Assembly (NCBI GenBank): GCA_964463525.1
Contig: CAYXDE010000003.1
Span: 18,407-82,406 of the forward strand
Direction: 5' to 3'
DNA: 64,000 nucleotides
Source of the DNA: an uncultured Dehalococcoidia bacterium
GTDB lineage: Bacteria; Chloroflexota; Dehalococcoidia; Lucifugimonadales; UBA3495
A program made the position numbers and the translations under genes. Positions 45,808-58,439 of the stretch are shown here, in pieces. Numbering within the stretch: the first letter of the stretch is position 1; each line of letters starts with the position of its first letter. The notes beneath the pieces were generated by a model. That model ran no database searches. It saw only the letters and a program-made list of their open reading frames with translations, and was not told the origin of the DNA.

Positions 45808-47196
45808 CTAACGATTCGGCTTATCCAGTTGTCGCTCCTCGCTCGTTTCCAGATTCAGATAGTTGTGGAACCTTTCCGCGTCTACGGTCATGCTCAGCTG
45901 GCCGACCAGCTCCCCATCGCGGAATAGGTCACCTTCTTTTGTCCCGTCGTCCTGGAAACGAATCTCGAACTCGTAACCCGACGCTTCGCTGACGCCGGTC
46001 ACCGTCCCTGAGATTGCCCTGCCCAAGTCGTCGTATTGGTCGAGCAGGATATCGACTTCGAATGGAATCTTGCCGTCGGTTGGGTGGTTATAGGCTACCG
46101 AGCCGTAGCCGGTTTGCGGCCCGAATGTAGGCTTGGACCCGCCCGGAGGGATGGCCATCTCGCGTGTTTCGTAGACCGTTCCCTCCAAACTACCTGCAAG
46201 TTCCGCCTCGATGTCCATTCTCGCCAAGTTATCGGCAGAAGTTGGCTCACTATTGGCCATCCATCCTGACATGTTGGATTCCTCAAAGGCGTCAACCACC
46301 ATCGATGGCAAGCCCAGAGAATTGAGCTTGTCCCTGAACCCGGCTACGACCTCTGCCTCGATGGCGGAGGAAGCAGTCCATATCTGATAGTCCATCAGCG
46401 ATCGGGCCGGTAGCTGCAAGGCCTTCATCTGGTCCCATAGCACTTCATTCCAGCCTTCGGTAGTGGCGAGACGGCGGGGATCGCCCGCACCCGTCACCAA
46501 GCCCAGCATAACCTGTTGTAGACCCACTTCCGGGCCTGCAGAGTCAGGCAGCCGAACGAAGTAGTCTTTGTCGAGGGTTCTTAGATCTTTGCTTGCTAAC
46601 AACCCCGAGGTTACAGCTTCACCGGCGCCCGTCGTGAAGGCAACTTGAGGTTTGGCCCCGGCTGGGCAAGCGCCTGGTGGGGCGTCGATCTTGCCCGTGT
46701 CGGAAAGGGGCTCGAAGAAACCGGCGGGTATCCCGGCAGCAGTCAAGAGCCCAGGATTCCATGAGATATCAAATGTCGATGTTTCTCCGTCGCCAGCTAT
46801 AAACCACGGCGGCAGATAAGCGAGTGCATCGGCGGAGGCCGAGGCTTCCACCATTGCCTCCGTCCCTTGACCAAACACGGATTGCATGGCGTCAATGTCC
46901 CCCACGAGCCACGCCAAGGACTCGGCTAGGTCCGCTTCCTTGCTGCGGGCCGGTCCAGCCTGTGTCGTGACCATGGTCGTGGCGCTGTCCGTTAGCGTCG
47001 AAGAATCTGAGGACTCAACCAACGTGCTTGGCTGGGCGGTGTCGCCCGTCTGGGCTTCAGGCTGGCTATCCGAGCCTCCGCAAGCGCCCAACACTATTGC
47101 GGTTGCCAAGGCCAAGAACCCGATGATCCAGAGCCTGGGACATCGAGAGATGAGGCCTGCATCCTTTCTTGGGTCGATATGTAGTAAGTGGTTCAT
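45808..47196 (-). CDS. lipoprotein of unknown function
   Basis: Start trimmed to ATG 47196 (MNHLLHID...) behind GGAGG. Lipobox VLGACGG and a Ser/Thr-rich linker. About 460 aa with no recognisable domain. Confidence 0.7.
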   Translation of the reverse strand: MNHLLHIDPRKDAGLISRCPRLWIIGFLALATAIVLGACGGSDSQPEAQTGDTAQPSTLVESSDSSTLTDSATTMVTTQAGPARSKEADLAESLAWLVGDIDAMQSVFGQGTEAMVEASASADALAYLPPWFIAGDGETSTFDISWNPGLLTAAGIPAGFFEPLSDTGKIDAPPGACPAGAKPQVAFTTGAGEAVTSGLLASKDLRTLDKDYFVRLPDSAGPEVGLQQVMLGLVTGAGDPRRLATTEGWNEVLWDQMKALQLPARSLMDYQIWTASSAIEAEVVAGFRDKLNSLGLPSMVVDAFEESNMSGWMANSEPTSADNLARMDIEAELAGSLEGTVYETREMAIPPGGSKPTFGPQTGYGSVAYNHPTDGKIPFEVDILLDQYDDLGRAISGTVTGVSEASGYEFEIRFQDDGTKEGDLFRDGELVGQLSMTVDAERFHNYLNLETSEERQLDKPNR

Positions 47197-47766
47197 ATTT
47201 GCCTCCGAGGCACAGTTCTTGACGGTCAATCTTGGGAGCGTTGCACAAAGTTCTGAGGAATATCCCGTTGTTGAACGCCGCAGCCGCTGGAACAAACCCG
47301 CGAGTCAACCGGGATTCCGAACTCCGTCGCCGAGCCTTCAAGGGGAGAAGCGAGCTTCAAGAGCTTTTCTCCTTAGTTGTGAATCCGGCCTCTGGTGTCA
47401 GTACTGCGGACTCATGGGTAGGCTACCTGCGGCATCGCATGCAGCGGTCCCTAGACCGACGCATGATGCAAGGACGGACATCCGAAGCAGTCCTGTGGTC
47501 ACAACTGGTCCCTCAAGCAACCGATTCCCTCCAGAGGGACCCCAAACGGTGCCCAATTCTTACTCTATTACCCTAGGCCCGAATCCGTATGATGCGAAGC
47601 ACTCATAGAGTGGGATGCAACTGATTCATTTTTGGAGTCAATATCTGGATCCCCCCGGCGCCTCCCGCATCGTCCAGAACACCGGCCGGATAGACGACCG
47701 GCAGGCGGTAAGATTAAAGCCGCCTAGAATACCCGCCATTGCGGTTTCATGGCAACGGCATTCCTT

Positions 47767-47783
47767 GGCTTTCGCCGGAATGA
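47767..47783. repeat. isolated inverted copy of the A-unit core (GGCTTTCGCCGGAATGA)
   Basis: Reverse complement of TCATTCCGGCGAAAGCC, seen at 43995-44011. It is embedded in an 8-bp hairpin GGTTTCAT/ATGAAACC. Confidence 0.6.
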
Positions 47784-47814
47784 AACCAGGGGCAGCGTTG
47801 TTACACTCGGCCAA

Positions 47815-47853
47815 ACAAAAAAAGCCCCAGCGTGATTCGGCTGGGGCTTTTTG
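47815..47853. terminator. bidirectional intrinsic terminator downstream of ggt
   Basis: Stem AGCCCCAGC/GCTGGGGCT (47823-31 / 47840-48) flanked by A7 and T5 runs. Confidence 0.8.
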
Positions 47854-47893
47854 AATGCGGTTATGCTGCCGGTTGAATCGCCGGTTGTACTGG

Positions 47894-49696
47894 CTAGAGG
47901 CCCATGGCGTAGCAGGCTCGGCGGGGGTCGGCGCCGGTGCTTAGGTTGCCGGTCTTGGGGTCTCGGACCGACACGGTGGCGCCCAGCCCGCAGTTGGCGG
48001 CCCGGCCAATCTCGTGCCCCCTGGCTGCCAGGGCGTCGGCGGTGCTTTCCGGGATGCCCGGCTCAAGGTCCAACTTTCCGGGATAGTAGTTGTGGGGGTA
48101 GAAGGAGTTCTCGACGTTCGCGGTAGCGAAACGAGGAGCTTCCACCGCCATCTGGGGGTCCATGCCGAAGACCAGGGTATTCAGGATCAACTGCACGTTG
48201 GCCTGTGCCTGGTTGTCGCCGCCGGGGCAGCCGATGGTCATGACCGTGTCCCCGTCTTTCTTGGCCATGTAATTGATCAGGGTGGTGCGGGGCCGCTTCC
48301 CCGGCTCAACCACGTTGGGATGGCCTTCTTCGCAGTTGAACATCTCGATCCGGGTGCTGAGTGTGCAGCCAAGCTCCGGGAAGAAAACCGATTTGACGAA
48401 CGCGCCACCGCTGATGGTCCCGTTGACCATATTCCCCTGACTATCTATCACCGACACGTGGGTGGTGCCCTCGTGGTTCGAGTCTTCCGGTGAGCCGTTG
48501 TTGGATGCGGCGATGCCGGCAGGCACTGGAACGACGCCAGCGCCATTGGAGTATTTCCAGGGGTCGCCGGGAGCCGCCTGCTCCGGGAGCCCGCGTTCCG
48601 GGTCGATGAGTCCGACCCGCTCGGCGGCATACTCTTTGGAGATCAGGCCGTCTAGAGGGACCTCCGCGTACTCGGGATCGGCGTAGTACGCTTCCCGGTC
48701 TCCGAAGACCAGCTTCAAGGCTTCGGTGACGGTGTGTATGTACTCAGGGCTGTTGTGACCCATGGACTTGAGGTCGAAGTGCTCCAGCAGATTGAGGGTC
48801 TGCTGCACCATGGGGGCTTGGGTCCAAGTGTCGTGGCCCAGGATCTCGTGACCTTCAAAGGTGCTGGAAACGGGCTCGCCGTAAAGGGCCTTGTAGTTGG
48901 CAAGGTCTTCCATGGTCAAGATCCCGCCGACCTCTGCCGAGGAATCCACTATTGTCTTCGCCACGGAGCCTTTGTAGAAAACGTCTCGCGCCGCCTGTAA
49001 ACCGGCTTTGCGGTCTCCAGACACTGCGGCTTCTGACATGGCCTTAAGGGTGTTGGCCAAGCCGGGCTGGACCAAGGTGGAGCCAGGCTCGGGGACTTCC
49101 CTGTTGTCGTAAAACACGTCCCACCCGCCGGGTGGGTAGTTGTCGAACTGTACGCCGGTGTTGGCGTTGTCCAGACGGTTCAGCATGTATTCGTAGTGCG
49201 GGATTCCGTTCTCGGCGTACTCGATGGCCGGGGCGAGAACTTCGTCGATGGTCATGCTGCCGTAGCGTTCCAGGAGAGAGACATACGCTGCAACGATCCC
49301 GGGAACGGTGAAGGACAGATGGGCCTGCTTGCCTGGTCCGGTGGGGATGCGGTCCAACCCCTGTGACTTGTAGAAGTCAGCGGTGGCCTTTCCAGGGGCG
49401 GTGCCCTGTCCGCTGAGGGATAGCAGCTCATCGGTGCCCGAGTTGTAGAGCATGAACACCCCCTCGGCAGCCAAGGAGTAGGAGGCGATGGGCTCGATGA
49501 CCGCGGCCGCGAAGCCGGCGGCAACGATGGCGTCGAAGGCGTTCCCGCCGTTCAACAGCATCCGCATCCCGGCCATGGAGGTGAGGTAGTGACCGCTGGA
49601 GATCACGCCCTTGGTAGACCGGACAACCGGACGGCCGGTGTCTGGGAGGTTGTAATCGCCTTGTTCCAGTTCAAGCATCGTTTGTTCTCGGGCCAT
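47894..49696 (-). CDS. ggt: gamma-glutamyltransferase
   Basis: Start trimmed to ATG 49696 (MAREQTMLEL...) behind AGGAG. GNAFDAIVAAG and the autoprocessing/nucleophile region HEGTTHVSVID. Confidence 0.88.
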   Translation of the reverse strand: MAREQTMLELEQGDYNLPDTGRPVVRSTKGVISSGHYLTSMAGMRMLLNGGNAFDAIVAAGFAAAVIEPIASYSLAAEGVFMLYNSGTDELLSLSGQGTAPGKATADFYKSQGLDRIPTGPGKQAHLSFTVPGIVAAYVSLLERYGSMTIDEVLAPAIEYAENGIPHYEYMLNRLDNANTGVQFDNYPPGGWDVFYDNREVPEPGSTLVQPGLANTLKAMSEAAVSGDRKAGLQAARDVFYKGSVAKTIVDSSAEVGGILTMEDLANYKALYGEPVSSTFEGHEILGHDTWTQAPMVQQTLNLLEHFDLKSMGHNSPEYIHTVTEALKLVFGDREAYYADPEYAEVPLDGLISKEYAAERVGLIDPERGLPEQAAPGDPWKYSNGAGVVPVPAGIAASNNGSPEDSNHEGTTHVSVIDSQGNMVNGTISGGAFVKSVFFPELGCTLSTRIEMFNCEEGHPNVVEPGKRPRTTLINYMAKKDGDTVMTIGCPGGDNQAQANVQLILNTLVFGMDPQMAVEAPRFATANVENSFYPHNYYPGKLDLEPGIPESTADALAARGHEIGRAANCGLGATVSVRDPKTGNLSTGADPRRACYAMGL

Positions 49697-49785
49697 CGTT
49701 AACTCCTGGGACTCCTGATGAGATCGATTGGTGATTGCCAGGCGCCTGGACAATACTTCTCCCAGGCGTGTAGGTTAGGAAAAAG

Positions 49786-49860
49786 TGGTCGGGGTGATAG
49801 GATTTGAACCTACGGCCTCTGCGTCCCGAACGCAGCGCGCTACCCCTGCGCTACACCCCG
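49786..49860 (-). tRNA. tRNA-Pro (anticodon CGG), CCA-encoded
   Basis: A cloverleaf folds by hand: acceptor CGGGGTG/CACCCCG, D stem GCGC/GCGC, anticodon stem CTGCG/CGCAG with loop TTCGGGA, T arm GTAGG-TTCAAAT-CCTAT, then ACCA. Confidence 0.9.
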
Positions 49861-49953
49861 ACTTTCCCTGCTGCGTTTCCCGCTTCCCAGCCGGAACCGG
49901 GCTCTGGGCAGGGCAGAACGTATTATACCGCAAGTTAGGCGCGCGGTGACGCC

Positions 49954-49991
49954 CAAAGAAAAACCCCACCGTGCTTATTGGCATGGTGGGG
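49954..49991 (-). terminator. intrinsic terminator after the thioredoxin-like gene
   Basis: Stem CCCCACC/GGTGGGG with an inner TGC/GCA extension. Followed on the minus strand by TTTTTCTTT. Confidence 0.65.
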
Positions 49992-50014
49992 CTGTGGTTG
50001 ACCTTGAACGGAGC

Positions 50015-50614
50015 CTACTGGCTTAGCATCTCCAGGGTCTTTTCTTCGAGGACGCTGCTGTTAAGGGCGCCGGTCCATTTGTTGAATATCTCACCGTTAC
50101 TACCTATGAAAACGGTGGTGGGCATCCCCAGGACCTGATAGTCCCTGATCACGTCCGAGTCTGAAGTGAATCCTGCAGGATAGGTCACTGACAACTCAGC
50201 AAGCAGTTCCTTGGCATCGTCTTGGTTTCCCAGGCCCGTGAATTGGCCGAGATCAACACCAAGCAACAATGCCCGGTCTTTGAATTTCTCATTGAACTCC
50301 TGAAGGTCAGGCATCTCAGCCCGGCAGGGAGGGCACAGTCCGGCCCAGAAGTTGAGCACGATGGGCCTCTCGCCGGTCAGACTGTGGAGACTGACCTCTT
50401 CCCCGCCGACTACGTCTTGGCCCTGGAACATGGTGACTGTGAAGTCGGGTGCGCGATCGCCGTTCTGGTCGTCCTGAGTCAGTGTCTCAGAAATGCTGCC
50501 GCTGCTGCTGCAAGCGATGGCCGCCACAGTCAATATCATCGCCAAGGGCAGGAGCCAGCGAAGCCTGCTGTTATGCCTGCCTGAGTGCCTATTCCGTTCT
50601 GAAATACCCGTCAA
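50015..50614 (-). CDS. TlpA/ResA-family thiol-disulfide oxidoreductase lipoprotein
   Basis: Lipobox AAIACSS. Thioredoxin-fold motif NFWAGLCPPCRAEMP. Confidence 0.85.
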   Translation of the reverse strand: MTGISERNRHSGRHNSRLRWLLPLAMILTVAAIACSSSGSISETLTQDDQNGDRAPDFTVTMFQGQDVVGGEEVSLHSLTGERPIVLNFWAGLCPPCRAEMPDLQEFNEKFKDRALLLGVDLGQFTGLGNQDDAKELLAELSVTYPAGFTSDSDVIRDYQVLGMPTTVFIGSNGEIFNKWTGALNSSVLEEKTLEMLSQ

Positions 50615-50759
50615 ATCATCCTCCGTGGTGAATCAGTTGTGATTCATAGACCGGGCGCGGCCTCGCACCCGAGTTCAAGAGCTTAGATGTTTCCACGGTG
50701 TTGTGGGTTCTAGAGATAGTTACGCAACAGGGGGCGAGCCGGTTTCCTGTTGGGTACGA

Positions 50760-54314
<3,555 letters not shown>

Positions 54315-54376
54315 CTAGTGGGCTTGAACTCCGGAACAACTCCTGAAAATTCGGCTGAGATATAAAATCGCACGCC

Positions 54377-54419
54377 GGAAAAGGGGCTGGTAACAGAGCC
54401 AGCCCCTTTAGAACCATTC
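54377..54419 (-). promoter_or_regulatory. TAGAAT -10-like box followed by a GC hairpin and U-tract in the mfd leader
   Basis: Complement of 54414-54419 reads TAGAAT. Stem GGGGCTGG/CCAGCCCC (54381-88 / 54397-404). On the minus strand it is followed by TTTTCC. Confidence 0.35.
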
Positions 54420-54487
54420 TATGGCCTGGCCCGGTCTGTTACAAGCAGAAAGTGACCTTCTCCCTAAACTAAGAAAAGGACCGTGCG

Positions 54488-54537
54488 TGCTATAATATTT
54501 TGCGAGCGTGGCGGCCTCGGACCGCCTATTTTTTTAT
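54488..54537 (+). promoter_or_regulatory. extended -10 promoter (TGCTATAAT) followed by a terminator-like hairpin and T7 tract upstream of proB
   Basis: TATAAT at 54491-54496 preceded by TGC. Stem GGCGG/CCGCC (54510-14 / 54522-26), then TATTTTTTTAT. Confidence 0.45.
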
Positions 54538-54567
54538 CCCAAATTCCGGCCCTCAAACACCCAAGAA

Positions 54568-55734
54568 ATGGCCAGAGCAAGTCAACAGAATAAGGCTGAA
54601 AAAAGCCCGGGATCCGGCGCTCTTCGCTACCGGCGTATCGTGGTCAAAGCTGGGACCGGGGCCCTGACCGGGCCCAACGGTTTGGACTCAGAGGTCATGG
54701 CCGATCTGGTCCGCCAGATCTGTCAGGTGCGTGACGCCTCCGGCGAAGTGCTGCTGGTGACTTCAGGGGCCATCGCCGCCGGACGCTCGGCCTTGGGACA
54801 GGCACGTGGTGAATTGGAACACGACATCTCGTCCCGGCAGGTGTTCGCCGCCGTGGGCCAAAGCCGGCTGATGCACACCTACCAGGAGATGTTCGCCGCC
54901 CACGACGCCCAGATCGCACAGACCCTGCTGACGATAGCGGACCTTTCCAACCGCCAGTCGTACCTGAACGTGGGCAACACACTGCAACGCTTGTTGGAAC
55001 TGCGGGTACTGCCGGTGGTCAACGAGAACGACGTGGTGGCGGTCGATGAGATCGGCGAAGTGTTCGGCGACAACGACCGTCTCTCAGCGTTGGTGGCCAA
55101 CCTGGTCGATGCCGACCTGCTGGTGGTCTTGACCGATACCGACGGCCTGTACTCCGCCGACCCGCGCACGAACCCCGACGCTACCCTCATCACCGAGGTG
55201 GACCGGGTTGATGCGGATATAGAGGCGTTGGCCGGGGAGGAACTACACCCCTGGGCCAGGGGCGGCATGGCCACCAAACTGGAGGCCGCCAAGCTGGTAA
55301 CCACGTCAGGCATCCCCATGGTGATGTGCCACAGCCGGGCAAAGGACGCGGTGGTCCGGGCTGCCAAAGGCGAGGCCGTGGGCACTTTCTTCAAGCCCGC
55401 AAACGGCAAGATGGAAGCCCGGAAGCGCTGGATGCTGAGCGGTATCTCCCAACGGGGCAAGATAGTGGTGGACACTGGGGCCGCCGGAGCTCTATCGAAA
55501 GACCATCGGAGCCTACTGCCGGCCGGTATCCAATCTGTAGAAGGCGGATTCAGCCGCGGCGAGTCGGTCTACGTCGTGGACGCCAAGGGCGTTAAGATTG
55601 CCTGCGGCATCGCCAATTACGCGGCCAGCGACATCGGCAAGATCCAGGGCTTACGTTCCGACCGCATAGAAGAGACTTTGGGTTACCATTACGGAGAAGA
55701 AGTGGTGCACCGGAATAACCTGGTGCTCCTCTGA
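54568..55734 (+). CDS. proB: glutamate 5-kinase (with C-terminal PUA domain)
   Basis: RIVVKAGTGAL, VLLVTSGAIAAG and VNENDVV, with a PUA-like C-terminus. The track start is GTG 54508; I prefer ATG 54568, downstream of the leader hairpin. The start is uncertain. Confidence 0.9.
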   Translation: MARASQQNKAEKSPGSGALRYRRIVVKAGTGALTGPNGLDSEVMADLVRQICQVRDASGEVLLVTSGAIAAGRSALGQARGELEHDISSRQVFAAVGQSRLMHTYQEMFAAHDAQIAQTLLTIADLSNRQSYLNVGNTLQRLLELRVLPVVNENDVVAVDEIGEVFGDNDRLSALVANLVDADLLVVLTDTDGLYSADPRTNPDATLITEVDRVDADIEALAGEELHPWARGGMATKLEAAKLVTTSGIPMVMCHSRAKDAVVRAAKGEAVGTFFKPANGKMEARKRWMLSGISQRGKIVVDTGAAGALSKDHRSLLPAGIQSVEGGFSRGESVYVVDAKGVKIACGIANYAASDIGKIQGLRSDRIEETLGYHYGEEVVHRNNLVLL

Positions 55735-55750
55735 GCCTTGAGATAACAGT

Positions 55751-57028
55751 ATGACCACCAAGACGGTAAAAGACATACACGCGCTGGGCCTAGCTGCCCA
55801 GAAAGCTGCCCGGAAGCTCGCCCGGCAGTCCACCGAGGACAAGAACCGGGTGCTGCTGAACCTGGCCGGCCTGCTGCGGTCCGATCAGGCAGACGTGCTG
55901 GCGGCCAACAAAGCGGACTATGAAGAAGCCAAGGCCGACGGCCTGGAAGAGTCCATGCTGGACCGCCTGCTGCTGACCAGCGACCGGCTTAACGGGACCG
56001 CCGATGAGATCCAGCGGGTAGCAGAACTGCCGGACCCCATAGGCGAGGTTATCGAGACTTCATCCCTGCCCAATGGACTGATCACCAGCCGCCGCAGAGT
56101 CCCCTTGGGAGTCGTAGGCAGCATCTACGAGTCCCGGCCCAATGTGACCATAGATATCTTTGGCCTCTGCTTGAAGTCGGGCAACGCCTGCCTCCTGCGG
56201 GGCGGTAAAGAGACCATCCGCTCCAACACCGCGCTGGTTGCCATGCTGCGAAAGGCGCTCAGCGAAGCCGGCGTCACGACGGACGCGGTGCAGTTTGTGG
56301 ACAACCCGGACCGGGCGTTGGTGGATGCCATGCTCAAGATGGACGGTTACATAGACTTGCTGGTGCCCAGGGGCGGCGCAAGTCTGGTCAAGTTCGTTGC
56401 TGAGAACGCCACCATGCCTGCGGTTACCGGCGGCATCGGTGTTTGCCACACCTACGTTGACCGGTCGGCCGACCTGAATATGGCGGTTGAGATCGTCCAT
56501 AACGCCAAGGTCAGGCGTCCCTCCATCTGCAATGCCCTGGACACCGTCTTGGTGCACTCCGAAGTGGCGGCCGATGGCCTGCCGCTGATAGCCAAAGAAT
56601 TGACCGCTTCAGGCGTGGAACTGCATTGCGATAACCGGGCTCTGAGCATCCTTGGTCCCGAGGGGTCAGACGCGGCCATCCCGGCCAACGAGGACGACTG
56701 GGGGCGGGAGTTCCTGTCGTTGACGGCTGCGGTGAAGGTTGTGGACTCGCTGGACGACGCGCTGGAGCACATCGAGACCTACGGTTCCGGCCACTCCGAG
56801 GCGATAATCACCGAAGACGATGGAGCGGCTACCAGGTTCCTGGACGAGGTCGACGCTGCGGCGGTCTACGTCAACGCCAGCACCCAATTCACCGACGGCG
56901 GGCAGTTCGGCCTCGGTGCGGAGGTCGGCATCAGCACCCAGAAATTCCACGCACGGGGCCCCATGGGTCTCAAGGAACTGACGTCATACAAGTGGGTCGT
57001 AGTGGGCAAGGGACAGGTCAGGCCGTAA
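55751..57028 (+). CDS. proA: glutamate-5-semialdehyde dehydrogenase
   Basis: 425 aa. YESRPNVT, CNALDTVLVH and GHSEAIIT motifs. Directly downstream of proB. Confidence 0.92.
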   Translation: MTTKTVKDIHALGLAAQKAARKLARQSTEDKNRVLLNLAGLLRSDQADVLAANKADYEEAKADGLEESMLDRLLLTSDRLNGTADEIQRVAELPDPIGEVIETSSLPNGLITSRRRVPLGVVGSIYESRPNVTIDIFGLCLKSGNACLLRGGKETIRSNTALVAMLRKALSEAGVTTDAVQFVDNPDRALVDAMLKMDGYIDLLVPRGGASLVKFVAENATMPAVTGGIGVCHTYVDRSADLNMAVEIVHNAKVRRPSICNALDTVLVHSEVAADGLPLIAKELTASGVELHCDNRALSILGPEGSDAAIPANEDDWGREFLSLTAAVKVVDSLDDALEHIETYGSGHSEAIITEDDGAATRFLDEVDAAAVYVNASTQFTDGGQFGLGAEVGISTQKFHARGPMGLKELTSYKWVVVGKGQVRP

Positions 57029-57059
57029 CCGTGACGCCCGCACTATCAGGAGGCCACCA

Positions 57060-57374
57060 TTGGCTGACCTAAACTTCGAGCGCGAGGTGCGCACCCCACA
57101 TTCCGAAGCGTATCTGATCATGGAACAAGACCGTCAGGTAGGCCGGGTGGACATCCATTTCACGCCTGAGATGGTCCATGCCGCCGTGTCCGTGGATGAG
57201 AGTCTGACCCAAGAGACCGTCCAGCAGATCATCGACACCGTGGACGAGGACATCGTCGACTCCGTGGGCGTCAACCGCGGGAACTTCGTGGTCCACATCT
57301 TCCAAGGCCGGGAGACCGGCGTGCTCAGCGACGCGAGCGAGAACGAGTTCAGCGAAGACGGCAGCGACCACTAA
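57060..57374 (+). CDS. small acidic hypothetical protein
   Basis: TTG start 6 nt after GGAGG. 104 aa with an acidic C-terminus. No family recognised. Confidence 0.5.
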   Translation: MADLNFEREVRTPHSEAYLIMEQDRQVGRVDIHFTPEMVHAAVSVDESLTQETVQQIIDTVDEDIVDSVGVNRGNFVVHIFQGRETGVLSDASENEFSEDGSDH

Positions 57375-57552
57375 TCCCCAAGCCTTTCGATCAGATCAGC
57401 CACGCTGGGCTTACCCGTTGGCGTCTGAAGAGTACGCGCTCATATTCCTCTCATAATAAGAGAGCCATTTCTATGGCCAGGATTCCCGGCGTAAACCGAT
57501 CGAGTCCCTCCCAATATCCCCAGTGCTATACTCATCCCCTCACTCAGACCCA

Positions 57553-57575
57553 GTATGAAATCCCGGTATGAAATC
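57553..57575. repeat. direct repeat GTATGAAATC x2 (13-nt period) between two -10-like boxes
   Basis: Identical 10-mers at 57553-57562 and 57566-57575. TGCTATACT lies at 57524-57532 and TAATAT at 57576-57581. Confidence 0.5.
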
Positions 57576-57599
57576 TAATATGATCGTACAGATTCAGCC

Positions 57600-58439
57600 T
57601 TGGTAATAGACGCTCATTGCCACATCCTGCCGCCATCTTTTCGTGACCGCAGAGAAGAGATCGCCCAGCGTGACGCCACGTTCGCGGAACTGTTGTCCAA
57701 TCCCAACGCGTCCATCGCCACCGCAGACGACCTGCTGGCGGCCATGGACCAGGCCGGCGTTGACCGCGCCGTGGTCATGGGCATGGGGTGGACCGACCCA
57801 GACGTGGCAACGGAAGCCAACGATTACATCATCCAAGCCGTGGCGGATAACCCCGACCGCCTCAGCGGTTTCTGCTCCGTGAACCCGGCTTGGGGAGAGC
57901 AGGCCTACAACGAGGCGAAACGGTGTATCGCCGCCGGGCTGGCCGGCATCGGCGAACTCCACGCGGACACCCAGGGATTCGACATCGCCAGCGTCTCGGA
58001 GATGGCGCCGGTCATGGAACTGGCCCGCGCTGACGCTCTACCCCTTCTCGTCCATGCGTCCGAGCCGGTGGGCCATCAATATCCCGGCAAGGGCAGCACC
58101 ACCCCCGAAAAACTGTACCGTTTCATCCAAAATTTCCCTGGAAACCCCATCATCTGCGCCCACTGGGGCGGTGGGCTGCCGTTCTACTCCCTGATGCCGG
58201 AGGTCAAAGAGTCTCTCAAGTTGGTCTACTTCGACTCTGCCGCTTCGCCCTTCTTATACCGGCCAGAAGTCTTTTCCGCCGTGGCGGAGCTTGCCGGGGC
58301 CGGAAAGGTGCTCTTCGCCAGCGATTACCCACTGATGGACATGTCCCGGCCTCTGGACCAGGCCCGGAGCATGGGTCTGCCCCCTGATGTTGAGGAACGC
58401 CTGCTTTCGCGAAACACGGCCAGATTGCTGCGCTTATGA
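57600..58439 (+). CDS. amidohydrolase-family (TIM-barrel metal-dependent) hydrolase
   Basis: TTG start. N-terminus VIDAHCHILPP (HxH metal motif). 279 aa. Confidence 0.8.
   Translation: MVIDAHCHILPPSFRDRREEIAQRDATFAELLSNPNASIATADDLLAAMDQAGVDRAVVMGMGWTDPDVATEANDYIIQAVADNPDRLSGFCSVNPAWGEQAYNEAKRCIAAGLAGIGELHADTQGFDIASVSEMAPVMELARADALPLLVHASEPVGHQYPGKGSTTPEKLYRFIQNFPGNPIICAHWGGGLPFYSLMPEVKESLKLVYFDSAASPFLYRPEVFSAVAELAGAGKVLFASDYPLMDMSRPLDQARSMGLPPDVEERLLSRNTARLLRL

Noticed and set aside
47197-47814. A specific riboswitch class (cobalamin, SAM, c-di-GMP and others) in the long spacer.
   Set aside because: I could not find any of the diagnostic consensus boxes by eye. I left it as an unexplained region rather than naming a class.
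49775-49984. A 69-aa ORF overlapping the tRNA-Pro gene.
   Set aside because: It is fully explained by the tRNA and its flanks, so it is not coding.
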